DNA of 32,000 nt, taken from an uncultured Chloroflexia bacterium (GTDB taxonomy: Bacteria > Chloroflexota > Ktedonobacteria > Ktedonobacterales > JADMIN01). The stretch lies in NCBI GenBank assembly GCA_963718915.1, contig CAVRAI010000014.1, positions 180,001-212,000 on the forward strand. The letters are read 5' to 3'. This document shows positions 26,233 to 32,000 of the stretch, piece after piece; the stretch's first letter is position 1, and each line of letters begins with the position of its first letter. The notes under the pieces were generated by a model. The model saw only the letters and a list, made by a program, of their open reading frames with translations. It searched no databases and had not been told where the DNA came from. Made by a program: the position numbers and the translations under genes.

Positions 26233-27672
26233 ATGCTGATGACGCTTACCTGTTACGCGCCGAACGCCTCCGATGTCGGTTATCTGCTGGGCAAGAACCC
26301 AGCCTCGACCTTCGAGCGCCCATTTTCAGCGGGCACGGTCTGGGTCTTCTATCCTGAGGTGGCGGACGATCATGTCACCGTGGCGCTGCTCACCGAGATC
26401 GATCCGGTTGGTCTGGTGCGCGGCCCCGCTGCCCTCGCGCAGCTTGACCAGTATGTCAACGACCGGCCATATGTCGCGTCCAGTCTCACCAGCGTCGCGC
26501 TCAAAACCGCCTTCAGCACGGCGCTTGCGGGACGTAGCGCCAGCCCCAGCCGCAACGGACGCCTGGATGAGCGGATGCGCTGGGTGGTCACGCTGCCCGC
26601 AGTCGCCTGCGATGGCGGGGACGACCTGATCCAGCGTATCTTCGCGCCGCTCGGCTATACCGTCATCGCCGACCAGTCGCCACTGGATGAGCGCTTCCCC
26701 GCGTGGGGCATGGCGAACGTGTATCGCGTCACCCTCGACGGCGCGCAGACCGTACAGGATGTTCTCAGCCATCTCTACGTGCTGCTACCGGTGCTCGATA
26801 ACAGCAAGCACTACTACGTCGGCGAGGAAGAGACCGACAAGCTGCTGGCGCATGGCGGGGCGTGGCTCGCGGCGCACCCCGAGCGCGACCTGATCGCGCG
26901 GCGCTATCTGCGCTACAAGCGTCCGCTGGTGCAGTCGGCGATTGACCGACTCATCGCGGCGGATACTTCGGCGCCCACTGAGGCTGACGCTGAGGCCGAG
27001 GGCGACGAGACGGCCCCGCCAGCGGAAGACCCCGCCGAGCCAGAAATGGGCCTGCACGAGCTACGGCTGAATACCGTACTGGCGGTCATCCGTGAGGCGG
27101 GCGCGCACTCGCTGGCCGATCTCGGTTGTGGCGAGGGGAAGCTGCTCGCGCTGGCGCTCAAAGAGCGGACGCTGACACGCATTCTGGGCATGGATGTCTC
27201 GTCCGTCGCCCTGACACGCGCCCGTCGCCGTCTGCGCCTGGATACCTTGCCGACCGCGCAACGCCAGCGAATCGAGGTGGCGCAGGGTTCGCTGCTCTAC
27301 CGCGATCAGCGGCTGGCGGGCTTCGATGCGGTCTCGCTGGTGGAGGTGATCGAGCATCTGGACCCGCCACGGCTGGCGGCGATGGAGCGCGTCGTCTTTC
27401 AGCATGCCCATCCGCGCCGGGTGATCGTCACCACACCCAACCGCGAATACAACGCGCACTGGCAGCCCGTTGGCGAGACGCGCCTGCGGCATAGCGACCA
27501 CCGCTTCGAGTGGACTCGCGCCGAGTGCCGCGCCTGGGCGGAGCGTGTCGCCGCGCGCTATGGCTATCGCATGGCGCAGCGGGAGCTTGGCCCGGCTGAT
27601 GCCGACCTGGGCGCGCCCTCGCAACTGGTCATCTTTGATCGACTCACCGAGGGTGAGGGCGGAGAGCTATGA
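26233..27672 (+). CDS. hen1: Bacterial Hen1, 3'-terminal RNA ribose 2'-O-methyltransferase (RNA repair)
   Basis: 479 aa. The N-terminus MLMTLTCYAPNASDVGYLLGKNPASTFERPFSAGTVWVFYPE...LLTEIDPVGLVRG matches the bacterial Hen1 N-terminal domain. C-terminal SAM-MTase motif I is LADLGCGEGKLL. It sits in the same locus as pnkp. Confidence 0.85.
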   Translation: MLMTLTCYAPNASDVGYLLGKNPASTFERPFSAGTVWVFYPEVADDHVTVALLTEIDPVGLVRGPAALAQLDQYVNDRPYVASSLTSVALKTAFSTALAGRSASPSRNGRLDERMRWVVTLPAVACDGGDDLIQRIFAPLGYTVIADQSPLDERFPAWGMANVYRVTLDGAQTVQDVLSHLYVLLPVLDNSKHYYVGEEETDKLLAHGGAWLAAHPERDLIARRYLRYKRPLVQSAIDRLIAADTSAPTEADAEAEGDETAPPAEDPAEPEMGLHELRLNTVLAVIREAGAHSLADLGCGEGKLLALALKERTLTRILGMDVSSVALTRARRRLRLDTLPTAQRQRIEVAQGSLLYRDQRLAGFDAVSLVEVIEHLDPPRLAAMERVVFQHAHPRRVIVTTPNREYNAHWQPVGETRLRHSDHRFEWTRAECRAWAERVAARYGYRMAQRELGPADADLGAPSQLVIFDRLTEGEGGEL

Positions 27673-27682
27673 AGATGCGGCG

Positions 27683-27711
27683 TTGAACTGGGAAGTTCCG
27701 CTCTGTATGCT
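27683..27711 (+). promoter_or_regulatory. Candidate sigma-70-type promoter for the mntA-hepT cassette (TTGAAC-17 nt-TATGCT)
   Basis: TTGAAC at 27683-27688, a 17-nt spacer, then TATGCT at 27706-27711 (immediately followed by ATACTT). It lies in the 122-nt lower-GC gap after hen1. This is a pattern match only. Confidence 0.3.
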
Positions 27712-27794
27712 ATACTTTCCGTGCACTGCGTTAACACATGATTTGATGCTTGCGCCATATCGTTAAGCCAGATATTCAGGCGAATTAGGAGGAT

Positions 27795-28175
27795 ATGTCG
27801 GAGCTTATGAATACGTCAAGTTCCTCTAAATCCCCGCATATCCGAGCGCCGAACCGGATTACGCCCTCACAACGGTCGGCTCTCATCGCGGTGCTCCGCC
27901 GCTATGGTGTGCAGCGTGCGGGTTTATTCGGCTCGATTGTTCGTGGTGACGCCCGCCCCGACAGTGACGTCGATATCTTGATCCAACCCCCATCGACCAT
28001 GTCGCTCTTTGGGCTCTCGGAGCTGGCGCTGACGCTTGAGGATCTGCTCGGGCGCCCGGTAGATCTGGTCACCTATGCATCCCTGCATCCCCGCCTGCGC
28101 GAAAGCGTCTACGCACATTACGATCAGCTTTTTACGAATGATATGGACGAGGTCGGAGCCAACCCAACCGTATGA
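27795..28175 (+). CDS. mntA: MNT-type nucleotidyltransferase antitoxin (MntA-like, type VII TA)
   Basis: Contains GLFGSIVRGDARPDSDVDILI (GS-x-x-RG ... D-x-D), the minimal nucleotidyltransferase motif. AGGAGG precedes the ATG. It is directly followed by a HEPN/DUF86 ORF. Confidence 0.85.
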   Translation: MSELMNTSSSSKSPHIRAPNRITPSQRSALIAVLRRYGVQRAGLFGSIVRGDARPDSDVDILIQPPSTMSLFGLSELALTLEDLLGRPVDLVTYASLHPRLRESVYAHYDQLFTNDMDEVGANPTV

Positions 28176-28187
28176 TCACTGGCGATT

Positions 28188-28622
28188 GTGCTATTCCCAC
28201 GAGTGAGACAGGCCCAGAAGGGCAGAAAGTGGAATCGCATCGTGTCATCTGCCTCATCGCGCGCCCCAGACATTCTCTTGCGTGAAATGCTCGATAGCAT
28301 CGCCCGGATTCAGCATTATGTCCAGGGAACGACAGAGGCGCAATTCGTGCAGAATCTCGAAAAACAGGATGCGGTTGTGCGGCGTCTCGAAATTTTGGGT
28401 GAGGCTGCGGCGCAGTTGCCAGTGGACTGGAGAGCGCACCATCCAGGCATCCCGTGGAGGACAATCGCGGACACACGAAACCGCCTCATCCATGGCTACT
28501 TCAACGTTGATCTCGCTATTGTCTGGCAGACGATCACTCACGATATTGGACCACTAGAGATCGAGTTGCGAAACATCCTTGCCAGAGAATTTCCTCCAAC
28601 GTCCGCGCCACCGACTCCCTGA
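28188..28622 (+). CDS. hepT: HEPN-domain (DUF86) RNase toxin HepT-like
   Basis: R-x4-H motif in TRNRLIHGYF, preceded by LEILGEAA, typical of DUF86/HepT. The start is uncertain: GTG 28188 gives the longest ORF, and GTG 28242 or ATG 28287 are alternatives. Confidence 0.8.
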   Translation: MLFPRVRQAQKGRKWNRIVSSASSRAPDILLREMLDSIARIQHYVQGTTEAQFVQNLEKQDAVVRRLEILGEAAAQLPVDWRAHHPGIPWRTIADTRNRLIHGYFNVDLAIVWQTITHDIGPLEIELRNILAREFPPTSAPPTP

Positions 28623-28662
28623 TATTGAATCTTTGTGGGATACATTAGGAATACATCCATCG

Positions 28663-31266
28663 ATGAGTGAGCAACATCCAGAGGAAACGCAAGAGGCGCG
28701 GGTCTGCCCGATTCCCGATCTCTGCCTCGTCGCGCTGATTGGACCGACAGGTTCGGGCAAAAGCACCTTCGCCGCGCGCCACTTCAAGCCGACGGAGGTG
28801 CTGAGTTCCGACACCTTTCGTGCCATCGTCGGCGACGACCCGAACGACCAGTCCGTGACATCCGCTGCCTTCGACGCGCTGCACTACGTCGCCGGGTTGC
28901 GCTTGGGGTTGCGGCGGCTGGTCGTGGTGGACGCCACCAACGTCAAGCCGCAGGATCGCGCCGCGCTCATCCGCACCGCCCGCGAGCATGATGTGCTGGC
29001 CGTGGCGTTCGTCCTCAACATCGACGAGCGCATCTGCGTCGAGCGCAACAAGACCCGTCCCGACCGCCAGCTTGGCCCCCGAGTCGTCCAGAATCATCTC
29101 CAGCAGCTTCGTCGCGGTATGCGAGGCTTGCAGCGTGAGGGCTTCCGCTATGTCTATTACCTGAACTCGCCGCAAGAGGTGGATGCCGTCACCATCACCC
29201 GGACGCCGCTCTGGACCGACCGCCGTGGCGACACTGGCCCGTTCGATATCATCGGCGATGTCCATGGCTGCTACGACGAGCTACTCGAGTTGCTGGCTCA
29301 ACTGGGCTACCACTCGGACGCCGAGACGGGCGTGCGCCATCCCGACGGGCGGCGGGTCATCTTCGTCGGCGACCTGGTGGATCGCGGCCCGAAGGTCGTC
29401 GAGACGGTCACTCTGGCGCGGCGGATGGTAGCGACGGGGCAGGCGCTCTGCGTCCCCGGCAACCATGATGCCAAGCTCGCGCGCTACCTCAAGGGCAAGA
29501 GTAAGAAGATGCAGATCAGCCACGGCCTGGCGGAGAGCATCGCCCAGATCGAGGCGCTGCCCGAGGCGGAGCGGGCATCCTGGCGCAGAGACTATCTGGC
29601 CTTCGCCGACGAGCTTGTCTCGCACTACGTTCTTGCTGGTGGCGACCTGGTTGTGGCCCATGCGGGCATGAAAGAAGCGTTTCAGGGGCGCGCGTCGGGC
29701 CGTGTCCGCGATTTCGCGCTCTTTGGCGAGACGACCGGCGAGACCGACGAGTTCGGCCTACCGGTGCGCTATAACTGGGCCGCCGACTATCGCGGGCATG
29801 CCGCCGTCGTCTACGGCCATACCCCCGTACCGGAGGCCGACTGGCTCAACAACACGATCAACATCGATACCGGCTGCGTCTTCGGCGGCAAGCTCACAGC
29901 GCTGCGCTGGCCGGAACGCGAGCTGGTGAGTGTCGCCGCGCATCAGGTGTACGCCCAGCCCGCCCGCCCGCTGGCCGCCTCGGACGATGAGGCCACTGAC
30001 GCCATCAGTCAGGCGACCGATACGCTGCTGCGCATCGAGGATGTGGTGGGCAAGCAACTAGTCTCCACGCGGCTGGCGGGCAATGTCATCGTCGAGGAGG
30101 ATCAGGCGGCGGCGGCGCTCGAAGTGATGAGCCGGTTCGCGCTCGATCCGCGCTGGCTGATCTATCTGCCGCCGACGATGTCGCCCAGCGAGACATCACG
30201 CCAGCCGGAATGGCTCGAATATCCCTCGGAGGCGTTCGGATACTTCCGTGGTCAGGGTGTGCCGCGCGTGGTCTGCGAGGAAAAGCACATGGGTAGCCGT
30301 GCCGTGGTCGTGCTCTGCCGCGATCTGGCGACCGCCGCGCGCCGCTTCGGCGTCAGCGATAGCGCCGCCCCCGGCGCGTGCTACACCCGCACAGGCCGCC
30401 GCTTCTTCGACGACGACGCGCTCGATACCGTATTCATCACCCGGCTCTCGCATGCGCTCACCACCGCTGGATTCTGGGAGCGTTTCAATACCGATTGGGT
30501 CTGTCTGGATGCCGAATTGCTGCCGTGGAGCGCCAAGGCGCAGGGGCTGCTGCGCGAGCAATATGCGCCCAGTTGCCGCCGCTGGGCAGGCCGCGCTGGC
30601 AATGGCGCTAGCCTCCGCCGAGTCGGCGCTGGCGCAGACCGCCGGAGTGAGCGGCGCTCATCGAGCGGCTGCGCGCCCGCCAGGAGAATATCGCGCGCTA
30701 TGCCGACGCCTACCGCCGCTACTGCTGGGAGACGGACGGGCTGGATCGCGTGCGCCTCGCGCCATTTCATCTGCTCGCCACCGAGGGGCGCACCTACTTC
30801 GACCGCGACCATCTCTGGCATATGCGCGAACTGGCGCAACTGGCGGAGGCCGATCCGCTCTTCCTCGCGACGAACTATCGCGCAGTCAACGTGCTGGACG
30901 AGACGGAGTGCGCCGAGGCGGCGGCCTGGTGGGAGGCGGCGACCGATGCGAGCAGCGAAGGGATGGTCGTCAAGCCGCTCGACTTCATCGTCCGAGGCTC
31001 CCGTGGCCTCGTGCAGCCCGCGCTCAAGATTCGTGGCCGTGAATATCTGCGCATCATCTACGGGCCAGACTACACCGAGCCAGCCAACCTGGAGCGGCTG
31101 CGCCTGCGCGGGATTGCGCTTCAAGCGCGCACTGGCCGTCCGTGAGTTCGCCCTGGGTGTCGAGTCGCTGGAGCGCTTCATCCGCCGCGAGCCACTCTGG
31201 CGCGTGCACCAGGCGGTCTTCGCGGTGCTGGCGCTCGAATCGGAGCCGGTTGATCCGCGGCTGTGA
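28663..31266 (+). CDS. pnkp: Polynucleotide kinase-phosphatase/ligase Pnkp (RNA repair); ligase domain carries three apparent +1 frameshifts as sequenced
   Basis: P-loop kinase GPTGSGKST (about 28741). Metallophosphoesterase motifs GDVHGC / GDLVDRGP / GNHD (29254-29470). Ligase motif-I-like EEKHMGSR (Lys codon about 30283). Conserved ligase sequence after about 30570 is encoded successively in frame 2 (VAAAGQAALAMALASAESALAQTAGVS), frame 3 (LIERLRARQENIARYADAYRRYCWETDGLDRVRLAPFHLLATEG...EGMVVKP...KIRGREYLRIIYGPDYTEPANLERLRLRG) and frame 1 again (LRFKRALAVREFALGVESLERFIRREPLWRVHQAVFAVLALESEPVDPRL*). Frame 1 itself stays open throughout. Confidence 0.85.
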   Translation: MSEQHPEETQEARVCPIPDLCLVALIGPTGSGKSTFAARHFKPTEVLSSDTFRAIVGDDPNDQSVTSAAFDALHYVAGLRLGLRRLVVVDATNVKPQDRAALIRTAREHDVLAVAFVLNIDERICVERNKTRPDRQLGPRVVQNHLQQLRRGMRGLQREGFRYVYYLNSPQEVDAVTITRTPLWTDRRGDTGPFDIIGDVHGCYDELLELLAQLGYHSDAETGVRHPDGRRVIFVGDLVDRGPKVVETVTLARRMVATGQALCVPGNHDAKLARYLKGKSKKMQISHGLAESIAQIEALPEAERASWRRDYLAFADELVSHYVLAGGDLVVAHAGMKEAFQGRASGRVRDFALFGETTGETDEFGLPVRYNWAADYRGHAAVVYGHTPVPEADWLNNTINIDTGCVFGGKLTALRWPERELVSVAAHQVYAQPARPLAASDDEATDAISQATDTLLRIEDVVGKQLVSTRLAGNVIVEEDQAAAALEVMSRFALDPRWLIYLPPTMSPSETSRQPEWLEYPSEAFGYFRGQGVPRVVCEEKHMGSRAVVVLCRDLATAARRFGVSDSAAPGACYTRTGRRFFDDDALDTVFITRLSHALTTAGFWERFNTDWVCLDAELLPWSAKAQGLLREQYAPSCRRWAGRAGNGASLRRVGAGADRRSERRSSSGCAPARRISRAMPTPTAATAGRRTGWIACASRHFICSPPRGAPTSTATISGICANWRNWRRPIRSSSRRTIAQSTCWTRRSAPRRRPGGRRRPMRAAKGWSSSRSTSSSEAPVASCSPRSRFVAVNICASSTGQTTPSQPTWSGCACAGLRFKRALAVREFALGVESLERFIRREPLWRVHQAVFAVLALESEPVDPRL

Positions 31267-31455
31267 GCCAGACCTATCGCGCTTGTGTTATCCTGAGTGG
31301 CAAATACCACGAAACGACACATTGAAGGGGGTGTTGTCCAAACGTCCAGCGGCTATGGACGAGAGATTCGGTCCTCTGCTGTCTCTGAAGTCACTGAACC
31401 GACTGTAGATTTCTGAGTCACCGATGTTGGTGAACACACACAGGAGGCATCTGCT

Positions 31456-32000
31456 ATGTCCTGGTTCAAACGCAAAACAACCACTGCTGGGCCCGCTGTT
31501 GCCACGCCCGCCGCAGAACCTGTAACTCCGTCTCCGTCTCCGTCTCCGTCTCCAACTCCAGCGCCCGTGGTGGCTCCCGCTGCCCAGTCTCCGACGCCGA
31601 CAAGCAACGGATCGTCCATCGCGACGACAATGATGGACTATCCGCTAACGCTGCAATACGCCGCCGACCGCGCCAAAAACTATTTCGCCAACCGCGAGAT
31701 CGTGACCCTGACGGCGGACGGCTACGACCGGACGACCTATGGCCAGGTCTGCGACCGTGCGCGTCAGATGGCGAGCGCGCTCGAAAAGCTGGGCATCAGG
31801 CAGGGCGACCGCGTGGCCACGCTGGCCTGGAATACCGCGCGCCACTTCGAGCTATATCTCGGCGTTCCCTGCATGGGCGCTGTGCTGCATACGCTCAACC
31901 TGCGGCTGCCGCTCGATCAGTTGACGTTCATCATCAACGACGCCGCCGACCGCGTGATCTTCATCGACGCCGACCTGATGCCGATTCTTGAGAAAGTCGC
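31456..32000 (+). CDS. AMP-dependent acyl-CoA synthetase/ligase (long-chain fatty-acid-CoA ligase-like), 3' end off-window, with a 58-aa Pro/Ser/Thr-rich N-terminal extension
   Basis: From MMDYPLTLQYAADRAKNYFANREIV...GDRVATLAWNTARHFELYLGVPCMGAVLHTLNLRL the sequence matches the N-terminus of FadD-like ligases. The ORF is open from ATG 31456, which has AGGAGG 9 nt upstream. The internal ATGs at 31630/31633 have no SD. Confidence 0.8.
   Translation, partial: MSWFKRKTTTAGPAVATPAAEPVTPSPSPSPSPTPAPVVAPAAQSPTPTSNGSSIATTMMDYPLTLQYAADRAKNYFANREIVTLTADGYDRTTYGQVCDRARQMASALEKLGIRQGDRVATLAWNTARHFELYLGVPCMGAVLHTLNLRLPLDQLTFIINDAADRVIFIDADLMPILEKV
31528..31551 (+). repeat. Hexanucleotide tandem repeat (CCGTCT)x4 encoding (PS)4
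   Basis: Direct reading: ccgtct ccgtct ccgtct ccgtct, followed by cca act cca. Confidence 0.9.

Noticed and set aside
28663-31266. Programmed recoding (three successive +1 ribosomal frameshifts) in pnkp
   Set aside because: No known slippery or stimulatory context is present, and three events within 540 nt would be unprecedented. The same +1-in-G/C-run signature occurs in unrelated genes in the window. Sequencing error or plain mutation is far more parsimonious.
30381-31322. 313-aa ORF on the - strand, plus the + strand ORFs 30248-31042 and 30750-31145 inside pnkp
   Set aside because: The minus-strand ORF is an antisense shadow. The two plus-strand ORFs are not separate genes; they are the frames that carry the genuine Pnkp ligase sequence between the apparent frameshifts.
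31353-31619. 88-aa minus-strand ORF with a (GD)n repeat
   Set aside because: It is the antisense reading of the (CCGTCT)n / Pro-Ser-rich N-terminal extension of the acyl-CoA synthetase. It has no SD or start context.

Overview
High-GC (by eye about 60-65%) bacterial chromosome segment. The gene content and repeat style suggest a Chloroflexota/Ktedonobacteria-like organism, but that is a low-confidence guess with no database support. All family names come from motif recognition in the translated ORFs; no searches were run.

Layout:
1. 1-2670, backbone: a 5'-truncated DUF2252 gene, recO and an intact tRNA-Leu(CAA).
2. 2671-11138, accessory island of about 8.5 kb: it is bracketed by a perfect 32-bp direct repeat of the tRNA-Leu 3' end (2639-2670 and 11139-11170). 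It has visibly lower GC in its non-IS parts and no integrase. It holds an endonuclease VII-like gene, four nested or adjacent IS elements and a secreted HAF-repeat protein. The IS elements are a decayed IS630, a 30-bp-IR-bounded gutted IS630-like element carrying passenger ORFs, an intact IS3 and an intact IS630.
3. 11171-26232, backbone: a MASE1-PAS-HisKA_3 sensor kinase, an LLM oxidoreductase, an HtrA-like protease, a TetR-MFS efflux pair, a SnoaL-like protein, cardiolipin synthase, DUF4383 and FixH/YtkA-like membrane proteins, and an ECF sigma/anti-sigma pair.
4. 26233-31266: an RNA-repair locus ordered hen1 - mntA - hepT - pnkp, that is, a HEPN/MNT toxin-antitoxin cassette sitting inside a Hen1/Pnkp operon. 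This is the most interesting system-level observation.
5. 31456-end: a 3'-truncated acyl-CoA synthetase with an odd Pro/Ser-rich N-terminal extension.

Two cross-cutting observations:
- Six apparent +1 frameshifts (one in DUF2252, two in the kinase, three in the pnkp ligase domain) are each repaired by deleting one base, five of them from a GGG/CCC run. Homopolymer sequencing error is at least as likely as real pseudogenisation.
- A family of hairpin-rich mosaic repeats fills most of the long backbone intergenic spacers. I did not see it inside the island.
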